Counted from the first letter of the stretch, positions 39,560 through 49,090 are shown. The stretch is DNA of 53,855 nucleotides from Candidatus Fraserbacteria bacterium (GCA_037442925.1 JBBIPG010000008.1:1-53855), one strand, 5' to 3'. Program-made: numbers and translations. Notes: generated by a model from the sequence alone, not told the origin.

Positions 39560-40492
39560 TCATCTGCGGAACAGATGACGCGCGATGAAAAGCAGGTTGG
39601 CCGGTCGTTCGGCCAAGCGGCGCATGAAATACGAATACCACTCCTGCCCGTACGAGACGTAGACCCGCACCCGATAGCCCTCGCGCACCAGCGATTCCTG
39701 AAGATTTCTCCGGATACCATAGAGCATCTGAAACTCAAAGAGGTCTTTGGATATTTTGTTCGCCTGGGTGAACCGCTTGGCCCACTGAAGGATGTTCTCG
39801 TCGTGAGTGGCCACGGCGACATACACACCGTGTTGTAGCGCGCGTGGACTCCACAGCAATTCCAGTAGCTCGATATAGCTGCGATCGACGTCGCCTTTAT
39901 GCGGAAACGCGATGGCAGTGGATTCCGCGTAGGCTCCCTTGCACAACCTCACGTTGGCACCCAGCCCGACGAGCTGCTCCACGTCGCGGCGGCTGCGATG
40001 GAGATACGCCTGGATGACTACACCCACATTCTGCCGATAGCCCGCCTCTCGAAAGCGCCGGTAGAGCCCGAGCGTCCGCTCCGTATACGGAGAACCTTCC
40101 ATATCGATGCGCACGAAGTTTCCGTAGCGTTTGGCCTGTTCTAGGATCATCTTCACGTTCTCAAAGCAGAGGTCATCCCCTAGATCTAGCCCCATCTGAG
40201 TGAGCTTGAGGGATGCATGGGATTTGAGGTTGTTTTGGTGGATGGCATGGAGGATGTTCAGATATTCCCGCGCGGCTTCCACCGCCTTCTCGCGCGTGTC
40301 GGTGTTCTCCCCCAGATGATCGAGGGTGGCTAAGATGCCCCTTTCATTAAGCGCACGCACGACTTCGATGGCCTCAGGTAAAGTTTCGCCGGCGACGAAA
40401 CGGCGTGCGGCTCTGTGAGAGAAGGGAAACTTCGTGATCCAAGCCCGAGCGCGCTCACTGCGTGACAACCGGAGGAGCAACTGTCGTAACAT
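39560..40492 (-). CDS. Monofunctional proline dehydrogenase
   Basis: RFVAGET, LDHLGE, SLKLTQMG, RIDMEG, VIQAYL, RLCKGAY, ATHD, EFQMLYG, YFMRRLAERP. Confidence 0.95.
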   Translation of the reverse strand: MLRQLLLRLSRSERARAWITKFPFSHRAARRFVAGETLPEAIEVVRALNERGILATLDHLGENTDTREKAVEAAREYLNILHAIHQNNLKSHASLKLTQMGLDLGDDLCFENVKMILEQAKRYGNFVRIDMEGSPYTERTLGLYRRFREAGYRQNVGVVIQAYLHRSRRDVEQLVGLGANVRLCKGAYAESTAIAFPHKGDVDRSYIELLELLWSPRALQHGVYVAVATHDENILQWAKRFTQANKISKDLFEFQMLYGIRRNLQESLVREGYRVRVYVSYGQEWYSYFMRRLAERPANLLFIARHLFRR

Positions 40493-40517
40493 CGATGTGC
40501 ATCCGTCACTCTCGTTC

Positions 40518-41207
40518 TTATGGAGGAGGGACAGACTTCGCTGCCCCCGTGTAGAAATTGATCTCGATCGTGGTCCAATTGTCGGCATACAAGCCAATGA
40601 AATTGGCCAGCTCCGCGCAGGCCAGCTGCACGCGCATTGGCATCGTTCCTGGCCGAATTGGCTTGTCGAAACCATCCGAGGTCACGAGCTGACGCACCAG
40701 TTCCACAGTCGTGCCTTGGGGTCCCGTTGAACCTGCCTTGGCCAGGATGTCGTTCGTTCCGCCCTGGTCGATATCGGGTCTTTGACTGGTGAGTTGATCC
40801 GCATAGGCATCTTCTGCATAGACCTGACCGTCCTTGACGTATGCGACAAGGATGTCGCCCCCTTTCATGCGCGGACCGGTAGGCTCAAGAGAGATTTCCA
40901 CACGACCCTGCAGGGAACAGCTCAAACCGAAGAAGATCCAGCCCCTGTTCTCATCGATGCGCCAGTAGAGAGTCATGCCATTTTCTGCCGTGTGCAGGTA
41001 GGCATATTCACCCCGACTGATCACGCCGTCGACTTGAGGAAACGTCGGGGAAGACGCAGGGGTAGACCTCTCGTTTGGGGAGGAGACGACGCTGGGAGTC
41101 GCTTCGCGCCCTTTAAGTTTGAGCTGAAAGTCCACGAGCAAGATGGCAGTGCTTGCTATCGCCAGAATGGCCATCATCAAAGTGAAGGCGATGACTTTCT
41201 GTCTCAT
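40518..41207 (-). CDS. Membrane-anchored DOMON domain protein
   Basis: N-terminal TM, MTLYWRI, MKGGDILVAYV, GGTNDIL, TTVELVRQL..DGFDKPI. Confidence 0.75.
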   Translation of the reverse strand: MRQKVIAFTLMMAILAIASTAILLVDFQLKLKGREATPSVVSSPNERSTPASSPTFPQVDGVISRGEYAYLHTAENGMTLYWRIDENRGWIFFGLSCSLQGRVEISLEPTGPRMKGGDILVAYVKDGQVYAEDAYADQLTSQRPDIDQGGTNDILAKAGSTGPQGTTVELVRQLVTSDGFDKPIRPGTMPMRVQLACAELANFIGLYADNWTTIEINFYTGAAKSVPPP

Positions 41208-41218
41208 GAGACTCTTCT

Positions 41219-41944
41219 TTAGAGGAGGTTCTCCTTCAAAGTGATCAGGAAGGGTTCGGCCAACTTGCTCAGCCCTTCGCGGTCGACGATGTAGATCTTG
41301 GAGCCTTCCAGGGCGATCAGGCCTCGATCCTTGAGGCGGGAGAGCATCCGAATGGCCGTCTCCGTCGCCACTCCGGCGAGCTCCGCCAGCTCCTGGCGGC
41401 TAAGCTCGAGACCGATATCCAGTCCTTGACCCGTCTGCACACCGTATTGTTTCCCCATGAGTAGCAAGAGCCTTGACAATCGCTCGAGGCTCCCCTCATA
41501 CGAAGCTTCCATCAGTTTATCTTGAAAGGCCTTGAGCTCGCGGGCCAGTTTCTCGACGAACCGCAAGGCCACTTCAGGATGTTCTCTCAAAAACGCCATG
41601 AAGGGCTCGCGCTCTATGAAGTGGAGTGTGGTCTCTTCCAACGTCTCCGCATAGGCCGTATAGACTTCGCGGTCGAATAGGGTCTTCTCCCCCAGGACCT
41701 CACCCGGCCCCAGTAGTTTGAGAATCTGTTTCTTCCCCCGAAGCGAATGCTTGGCGAGCTTCACTTTGCCCTTGCAGATGATGTACAGGCCAAAGGCCGG
41801 CTCGCCCTCTTGGAAGATGACCTCTCCTTTGGGATATTGCAGTGACCGAGACATCTTGCGGATCTTCTCAAGCGTCTCCGAATCGAGATCCGCAAAGAGC
41901 CAAGAGCATTCACCGCAGCACTCTCGATGATGAGGCATAGGCAT
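41219..41944 (-). CDS. Crp/Fnr family transcriptional regulator
   Basis: YPKGEVIFQEGE, GEVLGE, LSRQELAELAGVATETAIRMLS; N-terminal CCGEC. Confidence 0.93.
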   Translation of the reverse strand: MPMPHHRECCGECSWLFADLDSETLEKIRKMSRSLQYPKGEVIFQEGEPAFGLYIICKGKVKLAKHSLRGKKQILKLLGPGEVLGEKTLFDREVYTAYAETLEETTLHFIEREPFMAFLREHPEVALRFVEKLARELKAFQDKLMEASYEGSLERLSRLLLLMGKQYGVQTGQGLDIGLELSRQELAELAGVATETAIRMLSRLKDRGLIALEGSKIYIVDREGLSKLAEPFLITLKENLL

Positions 41945-41950
41945 ATGCCC

Positions 41951-42937
41951 TCACCTCCCTCGAGTCGGAGGCTCCACAGCCTCCGCAAGTTCATCGTATA
42001 TGCCCATAGCTTGGAACTTCAGGCGGCGCAGTCGTAGCAGCTCCGAAGGATCCAGGGCCTCTACCTCCTCGAGGTGTCGCAAGAGGGCTTGTTGGAGTGA
42101 TCGAGAGGCGGCCTCGTAATCACTCTGGGCTCCGCCAGGAGGTTCGGGAATGACCTCATCGATGACTTGCAGTTCTTGCAGATGTTTCGCTGTGAGTTTC
42201 AGTGCTCGGGCCGCTTCCGGGGCCTTCGCCCGATCGCGCCAGAGGATGGCAGCACACCCTTCAGGGCTGATGACAGAATAGATCGCATTCTCCATCATGA
42301 CGATCCGATCCCCCACACCGATGCCCAACGCTCCGCCGCTACCTCCCTCGCCGATGATAGCTACTATGATCGGTACTCGCAGTCGGAACATCTCGTAGAT
42401 GTTTTCGGCCAGAGCTCCTCCAATGTGGCGCTCCTCCGCCCCGATGCCGGGATACGCCCCTGGGGTATCAATAAAACTCAACACGGGGAATCCGAAGCGT
42501 TCTGCCAGCTTCATCGCACGCAACGCTTTGCGGTACCCCTCGGGATGCGCCATACCGAAGTTCCTCTCGCGATTCTCCTCTACCGTGCGTCCTTTCTGGT
42601 GGCCAATGGTGACAACCGTACGGCTGCCCAAGCGGGCGAGCGCAGCTACTATGGCTCGATCCTCGCCATAGAGGCGGTCGCCACGCAATTCGTAGTAATC
42701 CTCCATGATTCGCTCCAGATAATCCAGAGTGAAGGGGCGCTTGGGATGCCGAGCCAGCTTGACTCTCTCCCAATCGCCGAGTTCTTTGGGAAGAGATGGA
42801 GCGCGCAGAAGCTCGAGTTTGGCTGCCAACCGACTGATCTCTTCCGAGAGATCGATGCCATCCACTTGACTCAGTTTCTTGAGCTCCTCGATCTTTCTCT
42901 CCAACTCGTGTATGGATGCCGAGGGCTTATCGGCCAT
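41951..42937 (-). CDS. accA: Acetyl-CoA carboxylase carboxyltransferase alpha
   Basis: ARHPKRP, PEGYRKA, FIDTPGAYPG, GEGGSGGAL, YSVISPEGCAAILW. Confidence 0.97.
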   Translation of the reverse strand: MADKPSASIHELERKIEELKKLSQVDGIDLSEEISRLAAKLELLRAPSLPKELGDWERVKLARHPKRPFTLDYLERIMEDYYELRGDRLYGEDRAIVAALARLGSRTVVTIGHQKGRTVEENRERNFGMAHPEGYRKALRAMKLAERFGFPVLSFIDTPGAYPGIGAEERHIGGALAENIYEMFRLRVPIIVAIIGEGGSGGALGIGVGDRIVMMENAIYSVISPEGCAAILWRDRAKAPEAARALKLTAKHLQELQVIDEVIPEPPGGAQSDYEAASRSLQQALLRHLEEVEALDPSELLRLRRLKFQAMGIYDELAEAVEPPTRGR

Positions 42938-43799
42938 TGTGACCTCCTGGGCTTTGGCCGTTCACGAAGAAGCGCAGAATTCGAGCGATCTCGGAACGCA
43001 TCTGCTCGCGCCGCACCACCTGATCGACGATGCCGTGCTCTAGGGCGAAGCGGTCCGTCTGAAAGTCCGGCGGTAGTTCCTGATGGATCGTCTCGCGAAT
43101 GACGCGCGGTCCTGCGAACCCGATCAGGGCACCTCGTTCCGCGATCGTCACGTCGCCCAGACTGGCAATGCTCGCTTCCACTCCGGCCGTCGTCGGATAC
43201 GTCATCACAGAGAGAAACGGCACTCGGGCTTCTTCGAGCAGGAGACGGGCCGAAGCCGTCTTGGCCATCTGCATGAGACTCAAGATGCCTTCCTGCATGC
43301 GCGCTCCACCGGTGGCTGAGATCAGAATGAACGGGCGCCGCAGCCGAGCGGCCGTGCGGAGCCCATGGCAGATCTGCTCGCCCATGACGCTCCCCATGCT
43401 ACCGCCGATGAATCGAAAATCCATGACCGCCAGGATCACGGGAAGACCCTCGATGGTGGCACTGCCCACGATGATCTCATTGAGCAGTCCTGTCTCCTCT
43501 TGGGCTTCTTTTAGACTTTGCCTGTAGGGCTTTGCTCCCACAAAGCGCAGGGGGTCCTTGGCCACGATCGGTCGGGAGATGTCCTCGAAAGAACCCTCAT
43601 CGACCAAGAGCTTGATGCGTTCGCGCGCCGTGAGGAAGAAATACTCGCCGCACTTGGGACAGATGTTGCGGTTCTGCTCCACCCGCTTCTTGAAGACGAG
43701 TTGGCTGCAGGCCTTGCACTTGAGCCAAAGCACATCTTCTTCCTGGCTCTTCTCGTGCAGGTCCACCTTGAAGTATTTCTTGCTGCGGAAGAGAGCCAT
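42927..43799 (-). CDS. accD: Acetyl-CoA carboxylase carboxyltransferase beta
   Basis: WLKCKAC..CPKC Zn finger, FIGGSMGSVMGE, GGARMQEG, GFAGPRVI. Confidence 0.97.
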   Translation of the reverse strand: MALFRSKKYFKVDLHEKSQEEDVLWLKCKACSQLVFKKRVEQNRNICPKCGEYFFLTARERIKLLVDEGSFEDISRPIVAKDPLRFVGAKPYRQSLKEAQEETGLLNEIIVGSATIEGLPVILAVMDFRFIGGSMGSVMGEQICHGLRTAARLRRPFILISATGGARMQEGILSLMQMAKTASARLLLEEARVPFLSVMTYPTTAGVEASIASLGDVTIAERGALIGFAGPRVIRETIHQELPPDFQTDRFALEHGIVDQVVRREQMRSEIARILRFFVNGQSPGGHNGR

Positions 43800-43800
43800 C

Positions 43801-44481
43801 TTAGTCCACCTTCGGAGTCCCCTGCGAGATGAGCTGCCTCTGTAGCAGGCGCTCTCGGGCCTCGGGGGGCATGGAGATCCCAAGAGACATCATCATGCGG
43901 AAGCCCTCCTCCACGGTGATGTGATCGAGATATGTCACATCTTTTTCGGGCACGATTAACCAGATACCGGTGACGGGGTTCGGAGGAGCCATGATGAAGA
44001 TCGATACCATCTTCTCGCCCACCACCTCTTCGATGCCGGGCACGGCTTGATTTGTGACAAACCCGATCATATACAGCCCTTTACTGGGGTACTCCACCAA
44101 AGCCACGCGCTTGAAGGAGGACATGTCGCGCTTGAAGATGGCATCTGTGATCTGTTTGACGGTAGAATAGAGCTTGCGCAGTATGGGGATGGACAAAAGC
44201 AGCCTCTCAAAATAGTTGTAGATTGCTCGGCCCAAATAGACTCGGGTAACTAATCCCACCAACAGAATGATGACGAGCGTGACGAAGATGCTGACCATGT
44301 TGATCAGTGTGGCAGGCAGTTCCTGTCCTAAGACGCTGCGCACGAGGGTTCCCAGAAAACCTCCGGAGCCTAAAGAGCCTTCGATGAGCTTGTAGAGCAG
44401 TTGCAGAATCAAGTACGTCAGCCCTAAAGGCAGCAGGGCCAACAGTCCACTGATAAAAGTCGCTCGAAGGCTCTTCCACAT
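43801..44481 (-). CDS. DUF502 family membrane protein
   Basis: FISGLLALLP, IPILRKLYSTVKQ, VALVEYP, PNPVTG. Confidence 0.88.
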   Translation of the reverse strand: MWKSLRATFISGLLALLPLGLTYLILQLLYKLIEGSLGSGGFLGTLVRSVLGQELPATLINMVSIFVTLVIILLVGLVTRVYLGRAIYNYFERLLLSIPILRKLYSTVKQITDAIFKRDMSSFKRVALVEYPSKGLYMIGFVTNQAVPGIEEVVGEKMVSIFIMAPPNPVTGIWLIVPEKDVTYLDHITVEEGFRMMMSLGISMPPEARERLLQRQLISQGTPKVD

Positions 44482-44548
44482 CGTCGAATCGCCTGAATCC
44501 TACTTTACCAGAGAAGCTCGCGGAGGTCAAACCCTCAACGGGCTTTGA

Positions 44549-44577
44549 TTGACGGCCCTAGCGGGGGGCCTTATAAT
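44549..44577 (+). promoter_or_regulatory. sigma70 promoter of RHH-pncB operon
   Basis: TTGACG-17 nt-TATAAT; GGCCC/GGGCC inverted repeat across the spacer. Confidence 0.72.
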
Positions 44578-44612
44578 CCATGCATCTGGAATTGAAGTCT
44601 TTCCCAGCGACC

Positions 44613-44825
44613 ATGCGACGGGTCAATTGGACGATTACAGAACTCCAGCATAGAGAACTCAAGCGCCTCTCTCAGGTGACCGGGTTGCCCATTTCAGAGT
44701 TGGTCCGTCGGGCTCTCGATAAATACATCGGCCTTGTAGGCGAGGGCCCTCCTCCTGAGGAAGTGAAGCTGGGTCGGAGTGCTACTCCAGATGCTCCTAG
44801 AGGGAAGAGTCGGAGTGAGGTCTAA
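44613..44825 (+). CDS. Ribbon-helix-helix DNA-binding protein
   Basis: MRRVNWTITELQHRELKRLSQVTGLPISELVRRALDKYI. Confidence 0.7.
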   Translation: MRRVNWTITELQHRELKRLSQVTGLPISELVRRALDKYIGLVGEGPPPEEVKLGRSATPDAPRGKSRSEV

Positions 44826-44826
44826 C

Positions 44827-46008
44827 TTGACGAAACGATCATCGGTAGAACGCGCATTCCATATGGCTACGGCCGCAGAGATCCGAGCTGGCCGGGTCAC
44901 AGACGTTTACTTTGAGCGCACCTGTCAGATTCTAGACGCAAAGAAGATCGACAAGCATGTGCTGATGGAAGCCCGCGTCAAGAAGCTCCCCCAGGGGGAC
45001 TGGGGTGTGTTTTGCGGGGTGCATGAGGCGATTGCGCTGCTCGAGGGGATGCCCTTTGATCTCTGGGCGCTGCCGGAAGGGACGCTCTTTCAGGCACGGG
45101 AGCCCGTGGTGCTGATCGGATGCAACTATCGCGAGTTTTCGGTCTATGAGACAGCCCTGTTGGGGTTCCTATGTCAGGCGAGCGGAATTGCCACGAAAGC
45201 CGCGCGCTGCACGATCGCTGCTCAAGGGCGGCCCGTGTACAGCTTTGGTGCTCGACGTATGCACCCGGCCATCGCACCGATGATCGAGCGGGCGGCTTTC
45301 ATCGGCGGATGCGCGGGAGTGGCGAGTGTCGTCGCTGCAGAGCTACTGGGCGAGGAACCTGTTGGGACAATCCCACACGCCCTGATATTGATTCTGGGAG
45401 ATTCGGTCTCGGCTACTCTGGCCTTCGATGAGGTCATCGATAAGAAAGTAAAGCGAGTGGCGCTGGTAGACACCTTTGGAGATGAAAAATTCGAGGCGTT
45501 GGAGAATGCAGAACTCCTCGACTCCAATATCTATGCCATCCGGCTGGACACGCCTTCCTCGCGCCGCGGGGACATGCTGGAGATCGCCCGCGAGGTGCGC
45601 TGGGAGCTGGACATTCATGGCTATGAGAACGTGAAGATCTTCATCTCAGGCGGCCTGGACGAGGACTTGATCCCGCCTCTTAACGAAGTGGCGGATGCGT
45701 ACGGTGTCGGCACAGCCATCAGCAACGCCCGGGTCATCGATTTTGGCCTGGACATTGTCGAGGTCGAAGGAGATCCCATCGCCAAACGGGGCAAGGAGTC
45801 CGGGGCCAAACAGCTCTACGTGTGCAAAGACTGTGGAAAGCGTCTCATCACTCTGTTTACGAAGCTGCTGAAAGCCTGTCCCCATTGTAAAGGCAAAGTC
45901 GAGCCTAAGCTCATTCAGTTCTTGAAGCAGGGCCAGTTGATGCGGGACCTTCCTCGACCTCAAGAGATTCGCGAGTACGTGCTGAGCCAGCTCCCCAAGG
46001 AACTGTAG
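44827..46008 (+). CDS. pncB: Nicotinate phosphoribosyltransferase
   Basis: TDVYF, YETALLG, SFGARR, GTIPHA, LVDTF, RLDT, ISGGL, YGVGT. TTG start after GAGG is inferred. Confidence 0.92.
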   Translation: MTKRSSVERAFHMATAAEIRAGRVTDVYFERTCQILDAKKIDKHVLMEARVKKLPQGDWGVFCGVHEAIALLEGMPFDLWALPEGTLFQAREPVVLIGCNYREFSVYETALLGFLCQASGIATKAARCTIAAQGRPVYSFGARRMHPAIAPMIERAAFIGGCAGVASVVAAELLGEEPVGTIPHALILILGDSVSATLAFDEVIDKKVKRVALVDTFGDEKFEALENAELLDSNIYAIRLDTPSSRRGDMLEIAREVRWELDIHGYENVKIFISGGLDEDLIPPLNEVADAYGVGTAISNARVIDFGLDIVEVEGDPIAKRGKESGAKQLYVCKDCGKRLITLFTKLLKACPHCKGKVEPKLIQFLKQGQLMRDLPRPQEIREYVLSQLPKEL

Positions 46009-46015
46009 TCGTTCA

Positions 46016-46969
46016 TCACTTGGCTCTTACAGTGATCCAGATGCCTCCCAGGACGACCAGACCTCCAACGATCTGCAGGAGCGCGATCGGCTTCTGCAGG
46101 GCAACGTATGCGGCGATGAACGTGACCACAGGGACGAGGTTATTGTAGATGGCAGTGCGCGCGGCTCCCACCTGCTTGACCCCGGCGGCCCAGATCACAT
46201 AACAGAGAGCGATGGAGAGCGCTCCGGAGTATATAATGGCGGCCCAACCCCAGCCGGATATCCCTTCCCAACGAACTGTCAGCACAGAGGGTAACGCAAC
46301 AATCCAGAGCCCCAATACTCCCACGGCTAAGGCGAGCGCACTCACTCGTAGAGGTGAGTATTTGACCAACACATCTTTGGAAAACACCGTGTAGCCTGCC
46401 CAACATACCGCTGCCACGAGTGTTAAGATGTCACCCCAGAAGCTCGCGTTGCTCAAGGAGAATTGCGGGGATGCGGCCAAGGTGACGAGCAGGACTCCGA
46501 TGAACGAGATCAAGATCCCGACCCAGACGCGCGAGGAGATCCGTTCCCACCCCAAGATCTTAGCGAGCAATGCAGCCCAGACCGGAATGGTGGCAATGAG
46601 CAACGATGAATTCTCCGCTGTGGTGCGTTCGAGCCCCAGGATGAAGGGGATCTGGTAGAAGGCGTTGCCCAGAAGCCCCAATCCGGCCAGTTCCAGCCAA
46701 TCTCTTCTGGGCAGGGGGTGCCAGCCTTCTGCCACAAAGAGCACGATAAGCAAGAGAATGGCAGCCAGAGTCAGGCGTATGGCATTGAACGCCAAGGGCG
46801 CGAGCTCATTCTCATTGAAGACGCTCTTCATCACGACAAAGTTGATCCCCCAGATGAAAACGACGATCAACAGGGCTATGTCGATGCCGGTCAGACGCGC
46901 ACCAGCAGCAGAACGATTATCGATTCTCGCTGGAGGCGAAGGTGACTTGAGTTGATTCATCGTGGGCAA
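46016..46969 (-). CDS. EamA/DMT family transporter
   Basis: IWGINFVVMK, about 10 TM segments in two EamA repeats. Confidence 0.92.
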   Translation of the reverse strand: MPTMNQLKSPSPPARIDNRSAAGARLTGIDIALLIVVFIWGINFVVMKSVFNENELAPLAFNAIRLTLAAILLLIVLFVAEGWHPLPRRDWLELAGLGLLGNAFYQIPFILGLERTTAENSSLLIATIPVWAALLAKILGWERISSRVWVGILISFIGVLLVTLAASPQFSLSNASFWGDILTLVAAVCWAGYTVFSKDVLVKYSPLRVSALALAVGVLGLWIVALPSVLTVRWEGISGWGWAAIIYSGALSIALCYVIWAAGVKQVGAARTAIYNNLVPVVTFIAAYVALQKPIALLQIVGGLVVLGGIWITVRAK

Positions 46970-47017
46970 CCATTATCGAGTGCAGAGGCGGGTTTAGCAA
47001 GTCTGTGATCGGGGGAC

Positions 47018-47092
47018 TGGAGCGGGCAACGGGATTTGAACCCGCGACCTTCTGCATGGCAAGCAGACGCTCTACCGCTGAGCTATGCCCGC
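47018..47092 (-). tRNA. tRNA-Gly(GCC)
   Basis: GCGGGCATAGCTCAGCGGTAGAGCGTCTGCTTGCCATGCAGAAGGTCGCGGGTTCAAATCCCGTTGCCCGCTCCA folds as a full cloverleaf with encoded CCA. Confidence 0.97.
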
Positions 47093-47110
47093 CGGAGCTT
47101 TCGCCTTTGC

Positions 47111-47139
47111 ATTATAGACCCATCCCCCCCTGATGTCAA
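47111..47139 (-). promoter_or_regulatory. Consensus sigma70 promoter of tRNA-Gly
   Basis: Minus strand TTGACA-17 nt-TATAAT. Confidence 0.85.
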
Positions 47140-47209
47140 TTTCCCCAACCACTGGCTTGAGTTCGCGCAATATCCTATGCTATGATGATACAAAAATCTC
47201 AGGAAGGGA

Positions 47210-47746
47210 GTGGGTGTGATGCAAGAAGTGCTCCTGGTGACACTGCTGGCGGTAGCTGCTGTGGTGGGCGCCTCTCTCCTGTTACCCAGCGCTCTTGGCC
47301 CCATGCCAGTTGAGGAGATTGCGCCTGTCGGGCCCCCCTCGGAATCGGTGCAGCTACCCCTCGAGAGAATGGAACTGAAGATCGCTACGGTTATGGTATG
47401 GGACAGCGATGTCGCTGACATCCCGCTCATGCTTACCGGCGAACCTTTGGAACTTGAATTCATCATCAAATTCCAGCCTAACCTCTTGTGGGTCAGCCAG
47501 GCGGAAGGTTCAGCGAACTGGGAGATGCACATCGAGCGGAGCAACCAACGAGGAGAGATCGTCGTCCGCGCCAAACGACTCCGATCGTCACCCGGTAGCC
47601 ATCGCTTGCTGACTCTGCGCTTCCACCGGCTAGAGAAGGCGAATGCGGCACTTACCATCCCCAGGGATACGATCAAAGCCCGCTTCCCCTCAAGCAGGCC
47701 CTACGAGGTAGTTGTCATTAACGGCGCGATACGCACATTCTCGTAA
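47210..47746 (+). CDS. Hypothetical membrane-anchored beta-rich (cohesin-like?) protein
   Basis: SD AGGAAGGGAG, N-terminal TM, LEFIIKFQP...LLTLRF beta-strand pattern. Confidence 0.6.
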   Translation: MGVMQEVLLVTLLAVAAVVGASLLLPSALGPMPVEEIAPVGPPSESVQLPLERMELKIATVMVWDSDVADIPLMLTGEPLELEFIIKFQPNLLWVSQAEGSANWEMHIERSNQRGEIVVRAKRLRSSPGSHRLLTLRFHRLEKANAALTIPRDTIKARFPSSRPYEVVVINGAIRTFS

Positions 47747-47761
47747 GCCGCCCCCTTGCCT

Positions 47762-47835
47762 GGGTGCGAAGGGGGGGAGTCGAACCCCCACGGGTTGCCC
47801 CACAGGATCCTAAGTCCTGCGCGTCTGCCGATTCC
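47762..47835 (-). pseudogene. 3' fragment of tRNA-Leu(TAG); att junction of integrated element
   Basis: GGAATCGGCAGACGCGCAGGACTTAGGATCCTGTGGGGCAACCCGTGGGGGTTCGACTCCCCCCCTTCGCA: anticodon, variable and T arms intact, but the first ~11 nt are replaced by CAAAAACAAAA. Confidence 0.85.
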
Positions 47836-47950
47836 TTTTGTTTTTGCAGACCTGTAGGACATTCCCCACACCTTGTCCCCCATACCTGAGCGCCCGATTT
47901 CCCACGGGACTTCTCCTTTTGGGGACACTCTACCAGAGGCGCCTGACAGT

Positions 47951-47978
47951 TGTCAATCAAAGGGGCCTTTGTTAGACG
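47951..47978. other. Imperfect palindrome, candidate resolvase binding (res) site
   Basis: TGTCAATCAAAGGGGCCTTTGTTAGACG, about 30 bp beyond the serine recombinase stop. Confidence 0.35.
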
Positions 47979-48007
47979 GGTTGATTGGGGAAAGTCGATG
48001 GCGATTC

Positions 48008-48646
48008 TTAGCGGATTTCCGATGCGATTTCCGTGACACCTTTTTTTGACAGCAGCGCCCGCACTTTCTCATGGCTTACCCCAAAGTGCTGAGCTACCTT
48101 ACGTAGGCTCCTCAGTTCGCCGTATTTGGCCTCGACCGCCCCTGGGTCTAGTTGGATAGGGCGACGCCCCCACTCTCCCAAATCTCCCTCTCTCAACTTG
48201 CGTTGATATGCCGCCTTCACCCGATCGGAGAGCTTCGATGACTCCATCTTGGCTTGCAAGGCTATAAGCTGAGCCACGAAGTCCCGGAGTATCCGACCCA
48301 GCTCGCCCTCAACATTGAGTTGATCCAGAAAGCTCTCTTGAACACTATGGAGCTGCACGCCCCAGCTGTTGAGAAGGTTGAGGTCTTGCAGAAAAGCGTA
48401 TGCCCCTTGACGTGTCCAGCGATCCACAGACCAGACCACGATGTGCTGAAACTCTCCCCGCCGGGCAGCCTCTTTGCACGCTTCATAGCCGGGCCGTTCG
48501 ACCTCTTCTCGATAGCCGCTCAGCCGGTCCCGGTAGACTTCGGCGATCTCCCAACCGCGAGTTTGGGCAACCCGTTCACAGGCCACCCTCTGGTTCTCTT
48601 CGTCTTGCTCCTCGGTGGAGACCCTAAGATAGATCGCGGCCCTCAT
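48008..48646 (-). CDS. Small serine recombinase (resolvase/invertase family)
   Basis: AAIYLRVSTEEQ (catalytic Ser), SG..ERPG, VWSVDRWTR, C-terminal HTH SLRKVAQHFGVSHEKV. Confidence 0.93.
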   Translation of the reverse strand: MRAAIYLRVSTEEQDEENQRVACERVAQTRGWEIAEVYRDRLSGYREEVERPGYEACKEAARRGEFQHIVVWSVDRWTRQGAYAFLQDLNLLNSWGVQLHSVQESFLDQLNVEGELGRILRDFVAQLIALQAKMESSKLSDRVKAAYQRKLREGDLGEWGRRPIQLDPGAVEAKYGELRSLRKVAQHFGVSHEKVRALLSKKGVTEIASEIR

Positions 48647-48942
48647 AAGCGAGCCTTCCGGCCGGCCTCTCGGCCGGGCTTGAGCGCTTGATTGATCCCC
48701 TCTGCCAGCACGTCGATCTGGAACTCGGCCAGCTCCAGCTGATATAGATCGCAGATGGCCTCGATGACCTCATGGATCAACGTGGACCATTGCAAACTCG
48801 GAGCCAGATCCTCGCGGATGGCGATCTCCATCTTCAAGGGCGAGAAGTGCCCATAGGAGCCATCGTCTTCCATCTCTGGCGCCGGGGCCAAGCGCACCTG
48901 AATCCTGTGGGAGCCGATCTCGAGCGACTGCGGAAGCTTCAT
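48643..48942 (-). CDS. Phage-type hypothetical protein, metallopeptidase-like fold with HEVIE
   Basis: MKLPQSLEIG..., TLIHEVIEAI (HExxH-like with the second His replaced). Confidence 0.6.
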   Translation of the reverse strand: MKLPQSLEIGSHRIQVRLAPAPEMEDDGSYGHFSPLKMEIAIREDLAPSLQWSTLIHEVIEAICDLYQLELAEFQIDVLAEGINQALKPGREAGRKARL

Positions 48943-49090
48943 AGTCCAAACCCCAGCCAACGCCGGCGGATCGCGGCTCTCATTTCGTCAGCATCTCATC
49001 TCCTTGAGGAGAGCAGGATGATGAGGACGATATGGGCAACAGATCGCCATATCAGCTCCTCATGATCCTCAGTCCCAAGAGCATCCTCAC

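Noticed and set aside
47762..47846. Intact tRNA-Leu(TAG) gene
   Set aside because: The 5' acceptor strand (expected GCGAAGG) is missing, so it is treated as an att remnant.
48943..49090. Small gene between the 49091 and 48942 ORFs
   Set aside because: The minus-strand frames checked are interrupted by stops and no family is recognisable.
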